DNA of 64,000 nt, from contig JAFVBL010000011.1 in the NCBI GenBank assembly GCA_017479985.1, forward strand, positions 464 to 64,463, given 5' to 3'. Position 1 is the first letter of the stretch, and each line of letters starts with the position of its first letter. Below the pieces are notes generated by a model. It was not told the origin of the DNA and ran no database searches. It saw only the letters and a program-made list of their open reading frames with translations. Below, piece by piece: positions 19,134-26,971 of the stretch. The position numbers were made by a program, and so were the translations under genes. Origin of the DNA: Alphaproteobacteria bacterium (GTDB lineage: Bacteria > Pseudomonadota > Alphaproteobacteria > RF32 > CAG-239).

Positions 19134-20060
19134 ATGGAGAATCAGAAACATACGAATCTGATATGGCCGGTACAAGAACCGTTTAAAATCGCATATCGCG
19201 ATCCGCTGACCGGATTTTTGAGTTTGCTGCCCTATATTGATTTGCAATGGAAGATTAAAATTTGGGGTATCGCAATCGGGCAAATGGTGTTTAAGCTGAC
19301 ACACGAGGCCGGAACGGATTGGAATACGGCGATGACATATACCGATTTGTGCCGCGGTGCCGTACCGTCAACTTCGGACTTGGATATTGCGTTTGCACAC
19401 AAAAGCGGATTTGATGAACTCATTACGTTTCTCAAATCCAAAAATGTAGCAGCGGAAACGTGGAACGGCGGTTGGTATTGGAGCAACGAAGACACCGGCG
19501 ATGAGGCAACCGTTGTTGATATGGCTGACGGCAAAGCCGAGTTAATACAAAAGCGTATCAAAAACGGCTATGTCCGTTTGGTCAGCCGCCGAATTGCGTC
19601 TGACAAACATTTAACCGTACGATACCCGTTGGTGTATCTTGACGAAGGGTTGTTTAAGGTTTCTTATGATTTGGACTTGTCTAAAAAAGATCAAATCTGG
19701 GGAATACAACTCGGCAAAAAATATTTTTGTCTGCGTCAGGAACCGGAAGCACAAACGTGGTATCAGGCCGTTGAAAAAGCACAGAAAATGTCTACCGATT
19801 TGGTGCGGATTTGTCTGCCTAAAAAGGAGATGTTTGAAGAGCTGATAAAATATCGAGATTCGGCCAACGATGCGTTGATGAAACTGCAGGCATACGGTAT
19901 TGAAACAGATTTATGGGAAGATAAGTCGTGGAAATATCTGACAAGTTCGGAATATCTGGACCATTATGTCACTTGGTGGCACGAGATGATTCCCAAAGAT
20001 AAACCGGAGCCGTGCCGTTTTATCGGCGAAAACCGTAAACACGGTACAATTTTAATCTGA
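19134..20060 (+). CDS. Hypothetical protein with two DUF1566 (Lcl C-terminal)-like modules
   Basis: Internal duplication (IWGIAIGQMVFKL...TDWNTAM / IWGIQLGKKYFCL...QTWYQAV). The first module ends WYWSNEDTGDEATVVDMADG......NGYVRLVSR, which resembles DUF1566. No signal peptide and no clear SD. Confidence 0.5.
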   Translation: MENQKHTNLIWPVQEPFKIAYRDPLTGFLSLLPYIDLQWKIKIWGIAIGQMVFKLTHEAGTDWNTAMTYTDLCRGAVPSTSDLDIAFAHKSGFDELITFLKSKNVAAETWNGGWYWSNEDTGDEATVVDMADGKAELIQKRIKNGYVRLVSRRIASDKHLTVRYPLVYLDEGLFKVSYDLDLSKKDQIWGIQLGKKYFCLRQEPEAQTWYQAVEKAQKMSTDLVRICLPKKEMFEELIKYRDSANDALMKLQAYGIETDLWEDKSWKYLTSSEYLDHYVTWWHEMIPKDKPEPCRFIGENRKHGTILI

Positions 20061-20065
20061 TGAGA

Positions 20066-20108
20066 GAATCCTGAAGAAGCAAAAAGTTCTTCAGGATTTT
20101 CTTTATTT
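20066..20108 (+). terminator. Rho-independent terminator
   Basis: 12-13 bp stem GAATCCTGAAGAA / TTCTTCAGGATT, followed by a T-rich tail. Confidence 0.8.
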
Positions 20109-20157
20109 GGAATCAAATAATATATTAAAAAACCGGTCGACAGATATATTTCTGCGG

Positions 20158-20185
20158 TTGACATTCAACATTGAAGATATATATT
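20158..20185 (+). promoter_or_regulatory. Near-consensus sigma70 promoter with no adjacent ORF
   Basis: TTGACA (20158-20163), 16-nt spacer, TATATT (20180-20185). The nearest downstream credible start codon is about 395 nt away. Confidence 0.5.
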
Positions 20186-20461
20186 CGGGCAGCCCCGAAA
20201 TTATATTCTTTGGTTGTATAATAATTGAAATAACGACAATCCGAAATATATTTTGGTTGTTCCTGATATAACGATGATGTTTTTTGAGCAATCAAATTCT
20301 AAGTCGATATGTAGGAATCGGCACAGTGAGCATCATAACAGATTAAATAATAATCATCGGATTATTTTACCGGATATGCTGCGTGTCAGGTCTTTTTGTG
20401 GTTTTGATAGAGTGCCTGCGGATTATTTTCCGTCATTTGATATCAACATAAAAAGACGCCG

Positions 20462-20501
20462 GAAGAGGGTTTGTGAGTTAAACTCTCTTCTTTTTTGTTT
20501 T
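20462..20501 (+). terminator. Rho-independent terminator inside the intergenic region
   Basis: 11-bp stem GAAGAGGGTTT (20462-20472) / AAACTCTCTTC (20480-20490) with one G-U pair, followed by TTTTTTGTTTT. Confidence 0.7.
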
Positions 20502-20579
20502 GTATAACAGTATAAAAAAAGTTTTCTTTTCCGTAAATTGTCGTATGATATCAACAGGCATAAACAGATGGAGAAAGAA

Positions 20580-21626
20580 ATGCATCGATTTGTAATCAAT
20601 ACGGTAATTGTTGCGGCTGTATCGCTTTGTGTGTCAATAGGATATGCCGCCGAAGCAGATAATACCGTTGATAATGAAATCTTGAATTTTGAAGAGACGG
20701 CCGAAACTTCACAAGCGTCGGACGAATCATCAAATAAGCCGGCAGTAGGGATTGAAACGGCATCAAAGCTTACGGTTTATGATGCAAACGGTAACGTTAT
20801 CGGCAGTGCCGAAAGCTCAGGTAAGGTATTGGATTTGGGCGGAAATGTTATCGGTCAGGTGGATGAAAACAATAATGTACGTGATGTTAACGGCAATATT
20901 ATCGGTTCGGTTAAAGAAGAACCTGCAACCGCTGATATCAGTCTGGAAAAAGATGAAAACACCGTTGAAGAATCGGAAGAAACCGTTGATGAAGAGGTTC
21001 TTGTCTTAGATGTTTTTCCGCCCGAATTTATGGCATCTCTGCGAATCTGCCGTAAAGACAGTGAAGCCAACGGTCAGCGTGTGTTTGAGATTAAGGGTAT
21101 GCGCGGGGATAAGTGTCATCTGACGTACGGTAATTATATTTTGAATGTACCGACAAATGTCTTGAACAATATTCACAGCTTTGATGATTTGCAATTATTG
21201 TTGCGCAATAAAGATATGGCTCGTTACAGATACTTGCCGGAATATACGTATGAAGGTTTGATTTATGCTCTGAATGCTTGTGCACATAAAGAAAAATATT
21301 ATGGTGTCGAAATAGAAGAAGAACGCGTCGATGCAGTTGTTACACGCGGTTTGAGTGCTGAATATACAGATGAAACTTGCGAGATATATTTGCAAAACGA
21401 ATTGGAACTTGATGAAAATTTACTGGATTACGGCGTAACCTGTCGGTTGAATCAGGAAGCCATTGACGAGTTGGAGCCGTATTTTACGGATATTATTGCT
21501 AAATACAATAATGTAGAGACAACTGAATTGCATAAACATAAAGAAATAAGAGATGCCGATATTGCCTTGATGTATTATTTACAGCAAAACAATTATTGTA
21601 ATAAAAACAATAAATTAAAAGATTAA
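20580..21626 (+). CDS. Secreted hypothetical protein with short GN(V/I)IG repeats
   Basis: SD GGAG lies 6 nt before the ATG at 20580. Signal peptide MHRFVINTVIVAAVSLCVSIGYA/AE. Repeats DANGNVIGSA / DLGGNVIGQV / DVNGNIIGSV, an acidic linker, then a Cys-containing C-terminal domain. Confidence 0.65.
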   Translation: MHRFVINTVIVAAVSLCVSIGYAAEADNTVDNEILNFEETAETSQASDESSNKPAVGIETASKLTVYDANGNVIGSAESSGKVLDLGGNVIGQVDENNNVRDVNGNIIGSVKEEPATADISLEKDENTVEESEETVDEEVLVLDVFPPEFMASLRICRKDSEANGQRVFEIKGMRGDKCHLTYGNYILNVPTNVLNNIHSFDDLQLLLRNKDMARYRYLPEYTYEGLIYALNACAHKEKYYGVEIEEERVDAVVTRGLSAEYTDETCEIYLQNELELDENLLDYGVTCRLNQEAIDELEPYFTDIIAKYNNVETTELHKHKEIRDADIALMYYLQQNNYCNKNNKLKD

Positions 21627-21642
21627 ATTAAAGGAGAATACA

Positions 21643-22017
21643 ATGGAATTTTACAAATGTAAACACTGCGGGAATTTGGTATTGATGATGCATAAATCAG
21701 GAGTACCGATGATTTGTTGCGGTCAAGAAATGGAACTGCTGACGGAAAATACCACCGACGGTGCCGTCGAAAAACACGTTCCGGTTGTTGCAGCAGAAAA
21801 CAATACAGTGCATATCAATGTCGGCAGTGTGGCACATCCGATGATTGAAGCGCATTATATTCAATGGATTGCACTCGAAACCACGGACGGCACACAAATT
21901 AAATATCTGCAACCGAATGAGGAACCGAAAGCGGATTTTCTTTTGACAGAAAACGAACAGATGCTTAAAGTATATGAATATTGCAATTTACACGGTTTAT
22001 GGTCCGCAACGTTATAA
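21643..22017 (+). CDS. dfx: Desulfoferrodoxin (class I, 2Fe superoxide reductase)
   Basis: Desulforedoxin-like CKHCGN...ICCG, then EKHVPV, HPM..AHYI and YCNLHGLW ligand motifs. 124 aa. SD AAGGAG. Confidence 0.9.
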   Translation: MEFYKCKHCGNLVLMMHKSGVPMICCGQEMELLTENTTDGAVEKHVPVVAAENNTVHINVGSVAHPMIEAHYIQWIALETTDGTQIKYLQPNEEPKADFLLTENEQMLKVYEYCNLHGLWSATL

Positions 22018-22029
22018 AATTTGCATAAA

Positions 22030-23028
22030 ATGACTGTAATACCGGCAAAACTTTTGCTTAATTGGTACGCTTGCAACGGACGTGATTTGCCGTGGCGCGT
22101 TAAAGGCGGTGCACACCCGAATCCATATATTGTTTTTGTATCGGAAATGATGTTGCAGCAAACAACAGTTAAAACGGTTATTCCGTATTTTGAGCGGTTT
22201 ATGGCACGTTTTCCGACCGTTAAAGATTTGGCGCAGGCAACGGAAGATGAGGTGTTTCAATATTGGCAAGGGTTGGGATATTATACGCGCGCCCGCTCTT
22301 TATTGTATACCGCGCGGAAGGTGATTGAAAAATACAACGGTTATTTTCCGCAAAACATTAAAGAAATTGCCGCTTTAAAAGGATTTGGTCCGTACAGTGC
22401 TGCAAGTTTTGCGGCGCTTGCGTATAATCTGCCGACAACGGTTATTGACGGAAATGTGCAGCGCATTATGTGCCGTATGTATCGTTTGACGGCGCCTCTC
22501 GAACAAATACAATCGCAAATACGTGCTTACGCCGAAGTGTTGATCGATAAACAAAATGCCGCGGATTATGCGTCGGCAATTATGGATTTGGGCGCAATGA
22601 TTTGTACTCCGAAAAAGCCGCAATGCCCGCTTTGTCCGTGGCAAAAAATATGTTTATGCGCCAATGCGGCCGATGTTGAACAAATACCGCAAAAATCAAA
22701 GCCCGTAAAACGGGAAGTCAGCGGCAAAGTTTATATTATCGCCAATAAAAAAGGCGAGGTTTATATTCGCAAACGTATCGAAAAGGGTTTATTGCACGGG
22801 CTGTATGAGTTTTTATGGACAGAGCAGGGAGATTTAATCAAATCTGCGACAGACAGCGGATTGAGTGTATCACATATATTTACGCATATCAAAATGATGC
22901 TTGAGATTATGACGGTGCAAATTGACACTTACGACGGCGACGGAATATTTGTTAAACCTGAGGAGTTGGATATTTATCCGATGTCCACACTGATGCGAAA
23001 AGTACGGATGAAGGCATTAAAAAAGTAA
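22030..23028 (+). CDS. mutY: A/G-specific adenine DNA glycosylase MutY
   Basis: LPWR, SEMMLQQT, GLGYY.RA, helix-hairpin-helix GFGPY.A, the 4Fe-4S cluster C.....P.C..CP....C, and a NUDIX-like C-terminal domain. Confidence 0.9.
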   Translation: MTVIPAKLLLNWYACNGRDLPWRVKGGAHPNPYIVFVSEMMLQQTTVKTVIPYFERFMARFPTVKDLAQATEDEVFQYWQGLGYYTRARSLLYTARKVIEKYNGYFPQNIKEIAALKGFGPYSAASFAALAYNLPTTVIDGNVQRIMCRMYRLTAPLEQIQSQIRAYAEVLIDKQNAADYASAIMDLGAMICTPKKPQCPLCPWQKICLCANAADVEQIPQKSKPVKREVSGKVYIIANKKGEVYIRKRIEKGLLHGLYEFLWTEQGDLIKSATDSGLSVSHIFTHIKMMLEIMTVQIDTYDGDGIFVKPEELDIYPMSTLMRKVRMKALKK

Positions 23029-23063
23029 AACCGCCGACCTGATACAGCCGACGGTTTTGACTT

Positions 23064-23501
23064 TTATTTATCGTTCAAGCGGTTGAATTTCCTGATGCTT
23101 CCAAATAACGGTTTATCGTTGAATATCCATTGTTTCAAGCGAATAATTCCGTATCCGATATATTGCCCGATAATACAGAGTGCAACAATTGCTTTTGCTA
23201 TCGACCACACCAGAACAATACCGTAAAGCGTTTGAGCGAAAGTCCACCAAAATGTGTGCGGAATACTCTGAAGATTGAACGCCGCCACCAAGGAACCGAC
23301 CGTGGTCAAAATCCAAGCGCAAACCCATATAAAACGCACAAAGCTTTGCTGTTCGTTGTCACCATAGGTTAAACGAGTCAGCCAAAACTGACGCGGATAT
23401 TCCTCATACCAACTCGGTATAAATGCACAGAGGAAACATATAATTCCTCCGACCATTAACAAAATGCCTAAAAAATAAGCACTGGCAAAAAATTCTATCA
23501 T
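23064..23501 (-). CDS. Hypothetical integral membrane protein (4 predicted TM helices)
   Basis: Strongly hydrophobic segments. The internal ATG at 23501 avoids overlap with the upstream gene. No family recognised. Confidence 0.5.
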   Translation of the reverse strand: MIEFFASAYFLGILLMVGGIICFLCAFIPSWYEEYPRQFWLTRLTYGDNEQQSFVRFIWVCAWILTTVGSLVAAFNLQSIPHTFWWTFAQTLYGIVLVWSIAKAIVALCIIGQYIGYGIIRLKQWIFNDKPLFGSIRKFNRLNDK

Positions 23502-23524
23502 ATTCAAAAAATATTTGTGAGTGT

Positions 23525-24298
23525 TCAGAATTCTGCAGACTTCCACTGATAGTTGCGATACCACGCTGTGGCTGTGTCAAGATACTGACGGCACTTATCA
23601 AGCGAAAGGTGAGTTTGTTCATCTTCCAAACCCTTTTGGGCATCAATATAGACATTGCCGAGCGTTGGGGAATTCTCAACGGCCTTTGCTATTTTGCCAA
23701 GCTCCGTTTCCACATTGTCGGGGGAGATACCGCCGGCATAGCCCTGCAGAATATCGGTAAATACGGGAGCTTGTCGCGAATCCGGTGCAATTCCGGCTCC
23801 GAAAGACGAATCAAACAGGCAGTCAAAATGCAAGCCTTTGAGGTAGAGCTGACGAATCAGGCGCGCATTACTCTCATTGTATGAGAGAATGAACCGGCGC
23901 TTGATACGGTTCTGAAGAGCAAGCACTGTATCATCGCAATCTTCGCGTACGGCATCACGACCGAGCTTAAAGTTGAGCTGCAGCCGCTTAAACAACGGTA
24001 AACCGTAGATGTCGCGTAACCGAAGCAAATTTTGCAATTCAGGCACAACAACCCCCCTGCACAATTCTTCGACCCACGCACGATTAACGTGAAGGGCGGC
24101 GTTGACGGCAACGTTGTTTTCGTTTAAGTACGCAGCTAATTCACGCACCCATTCCAACCGTGCACCACCTTTCGGTGATTGCTTTTCTGAAACCTGCACA
24201 GCAATCTCACCGAGAGGAAACTCCTGCATCAGTGCAACCAGTTTCTCAATGTCGGTAAACTCATTTGTCCCCGAACAAGTGATAAATACTAAATTCAT
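23525..24298 (-). CDS. Orphan TIM-barrel protein resembling phosphoribosylanthranilate isomerase (TrpF-like)
   Basis: ITCSG near the N-terminus, DSSFGAGIAPD, GYAGGISPDNV and YIDAQKGLE parallel the TrpF motifs (KICG, D...G.G..FDW, LAGGL.P.NV, VDVSSGVE). No other trp genes nearby. Start uncertain (ATG 24298 or TTG 24322). Confidence 0.45.
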   Translation of the reverse strand: MNLVFITCSGTNEFTDIEKLVALMQEFPLGEIAVQVSEKQSPKGGARLEWVRELAAYLNENNVAVNAALHVNRAWVEELCRGVVVPELQNLLRLRDIYGLPLFKRLQLNFKLGRDAVREDCDDTVLALQNRIKRRFILSYNESNARLIRQLYLKGLHFDCLFDSSFGAGIAPDSRQAPVFTDILQGYAGGISPDNVETELGKIAKAVENSPTLGNVYIDAQKGLEDEQTHLSLDKCRQYLDTATAWYRNYQWKSAEF

Positions 24299-24445
24299 AG
24301 GAAAAAAAATTTGATGAAACAATAATTGAAAATTTGGATTGATTATATTCTTTTTGTATAAATAGTCAAGAATATTTATTAAACAAACGGCCGCTTCATC
24401 AAAGTGAAACGACCGTTCGATTATTATTTGCGCTGATACAAAGAG

Positions 24446-25228
24446 TTATTCGGTTGCTTCTTCCGCCTGCGGAAAACTGCCGTACAGTATCGGAAATGCT
24501 TCTGCCAAAGCCAAATGTGCCTGAATTTCAAATTTATCGCTCGAAATATTGAGAAGTTTTCGGACAAGCTCTCTTTCTTTCATATTCTCGTCTTCATCTT
24601 CCGCGGAATCATCAATCTGTCGAAGAATAGCGTCAAGTCGGCGACATTTGCGGTTCAGATTATGAATCTTTCGGCGCAAATCGTTTTGTTTTTGCTTTAA
24701 GGCTTTCTTGCTTTTGTTTTTTTCGGACGGTAAATCGGGCAAAAATTTTTGCAAGCATTTTTCAAGCAGAATCTTTTCTTCTGACGATATGGGAAGTCCC
24801 ATCTGATGCCACATCAGAAATTCTTTCATAACTGTAACCGGTGAAATGAGGTCTTCAAAAGAGCAATAATACCGGTCATACATCAATTCACCGTTGTGTT
24901 CTTTATAGACCGTTTCTTCATCGAGTAACGTGCGCAGCGTACAATAGATACGGTTATAAAACTCATCAAAAAAGTCTCTGTCACCGGATTCGAATTCTTC
25001 TTGACGAAACAAAATCCGAATCAATTGTTTGCGTGTCGCCATCGGAATGGCATCAAAATTTGTCTGTACCCAATCATAGCGATAATGAAAGTGGCCGGTT
25101 TCGGTTTGTAGGCTCACCCAATGGGAAGAACAACTGTTATAAAACAGTGATATCACATCCCCAAAAAAGAAAGTCTGTGTTTCAAGACCGTGCTCAATAA
25201 TGCTTAAATCATACTTTGTTTTTTTCAT
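24446..25228 (-). CDS. Hypothetical protein with C-terminal basic coiled-coil segment
   Basis: Long ORF with coding-like composition. KKALKQKQNDLRRKIHNLNRKCRRLDAILRQI looks like a coiled coil. No family recognised and no clear SD. Confidence 0.45.
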   Translation of the reverse strand: MKKTKYDLSIIEHGLETQTFFFGDVISLFYNSCSSHWVSLQTETGHFHYRYDWVQTNFDAIPMATRKQLIRILFRQEEFESGDRDFFDEFYNRIYCTLRTLLDEETVYKEHNGELMYDRYYCSFEDLISPVTVMKEFLMWHQMGLPISSEEKILLEKCLQKFLPDLPSEKNKSKKALKQKQNDLRRKIHNLNRKCRRLDAILRQIDDSAEDEDENMKERELVRKLLNISSDKFEIQAHLALAEAFPILYGSFPQAEEATE

Positions 25229-25403
25229 AAGCGCTTGTATTTTAATAATAGATATAGAATAACTGTCTTCATAATTTTTTTGTATGGTAATATTATACGG
25301 AAATATTTAAAATTCAACAGTTTTTTAACAACGGCAAAAATATATTGAGTCGGCACGATATATGTGCTATATGCGATTAAAATAAACAACATAAGAGATT
25401 GAA

Positions 25404-25937
25404 ATGAAAAAAGAAAACTTTTCAAGCAATTGGGGATTTATATTGACGGCAGCGGGGTCTGCCATCGGTTTGGGAAATATCTGGCGGTTTCCGTATTTAT
25501 GCGGGCAATACGGCGGTTTGAGCTTTATTCTGGTTTATTTGCTGATTTTACTGCTGATATGCAATCCGCTGATGGTTGCTGAAATATCCATTGGCCGTAC
25601 AGCCAAGAGCAATTGTGTTGATTCGTATAAAATAATCGGTGAACAGGTCGATATGAAACATCTCGGCTTATGGTCTTTTTTCGGCGTAGCGAATATCAAG
25701 ATTTTCGGGCGCGATTTATTTACGCTTGCCGATTGGCTTGCCTCAACCTATACGGCCACCATTGTTTCTCTGACAATGGCATTGTTTGTCGGATATAAGG
25801 CGATGAAGCCGATTATTCATAACATTCGGCGCAGTGCACACGTCTCAAACGGATTTACACGTTATTTTCTGATAACATTGCGCTACATTGCACCGCTCGG
25901 ACTGATTTTACTGCTTATAATGGCGGTATTGAATTAA
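25404..25937 (+). pseudogene. Remnant of a neurotransmitter:sodium symporter (NSS/SNF) family transporter with an in-frame internal deletion
   Basis: The N-terminus has canonical NSS TM1-TM2 (WGFILTAAGSAIGLGNIWRFPY...EISIGR). The C-terminal 80 aa resemble the last NSS helices (FTLADWLASTY...ALFVGY). Total length is only 177 aa versus roughly 450-500 for intact members. Confidence 0.7.
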
Positions 25938-26015
25938 AGATATTACGCTTGACAAAACACAGCGAATATGATAAGAACAAGACGAAAATGTCTTACTTAT
26001 ATATTCCATTATGTT

Positions 26016-26876
26016 ATGAAACAAATTGATTTCAAATCTCACGATTGGGAAAACGCACGGATTGTGCTTGATTTCTTCAAACAACCGACAACGTGTTTCG
26101 ATTCCGGCGGTTTGCTGAAAGTTCAACCAAAGTATGTGGTGGCAATCGACGACGATATGATATCGGCGTTTTATGCGGCCACAATTATGAAGTATGCCAA
26201 ACGGCAATTCGGTAAATATCCGAAACTTTTGTGTGTCGGCGGTATCGGTATGCTTTCAAAGTATATGAACCGCTTGGATGACGGTACGGTTTTGAGTGAA
26301 GGTATGAAGTTGCGTATGACGGCAATGAAACTGGGGGATTTTCCGGTCTCAGTGTTGGACGGCGGCAATAATACCGGTGCCAATCTCAAAGAAATTATTG
26401 ACTATTTGGCAGCACGTCACGATGAGGCCGAACCGATTGTTTTTTGCCCGACGCAACGTTTGAGTAAACGTCTGGAACGAACAATCGCGTATACGATAAA
26501 ACAATTTCCGGGAACTCAGTCGCTCAACGCCTACTATTATGTGCCTGATGAAAGTATTGCGGATATGTGTCAGCTTTATAACGGCAAGGCTCTTGCCGGC
26601 GGTTTACCTTTGCTTTCGGAAGCAGCTGCCGTTTATGACCGAGTCGGTACCGAGAAGTATGTCGGCAAATATATGGCGCAATTTGACGGTATGATTCCCA
26701 AAGAAGTGCATATCGCCGGTCAGCAGCTGATGCAGAAATATCCGATACGGGTATCTCGCACACCTCTGAAGGCGCCGGTGCAGTTTCTGAAAATGTATTT
26801 CGGCGTGCTGAAATACCAAAAAGACATCGCTCAGGATTTAGAGCAGATGGTCTTACTTTGGAAACAGCAAGTCTAG
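26016..26876 (+). CDS. YdcF-type DUF218 family protein (cytoplasmic, E. coli YdcF-like)
   Basis: LLCVGGIGMLS, DGGNNTGANLKEI and IVFCPTQRLSKR line up with E. coli YdcF LLISGGIGHST, DQSTNCGENARF and VVQDPTMQRR. Start uncertain (26016 or 25968). Confidence 0.55.
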   Translation: MKQIDFKSHDWENARIVLDFFKQPTTCFDSGGLLKVQPKYVVAIDDDMISAFYAATIMKYAKRQFGKYPKLLCVGGIGMLSKYMNRLDDGTVLSEGMKLRMTAMKLGDFPVSVLDGGNNTGANLKEIIDYLAARHDEAEPIVFCPTQRLSKRLERTIAYTIKQFPGTQSLNAYYYVPDESIADMCQLYNGKALAGGLPLLSEAAAVYDRVGTEKYVGKYMAQFDGMIPKEVHIAGQQLMQKYPIRVSRTPLKAPVQFLKMYFGVLKYQKDIAQDLEQMVLLWKQQV

Positions 26877-26885
26877 CATAAAAAA

Positions 26886-26935
26886 ACAAAAAATCCCTTT
26901 GACCGAGAATATTCAGGCAAGGGGATTTTTTGTTT
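26886..26935. terminator. Bidirectional rho-independent terminator between convergent genes
   Basis: 10-bp stem AATCCCTTTG (26892-26901) / CAAGGGGATT (26918-26927) with one G-U pair. A-run upstream and T-run downstream. Confidence 0.7.
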
Positions 26936-26971
26936 CTATACATTTCAGATAAAACATATAGAATATTTTCG

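Noticed and set aside
20253-20507. 84-aa ORF within the 20.1-20.5 kb intergenic region
   Set aside because: It has a TTG start, no SD and an odd composition, and its 3' end is encoded by the terminator hairpin. The region is better explained as noncoding RNA or a leader.
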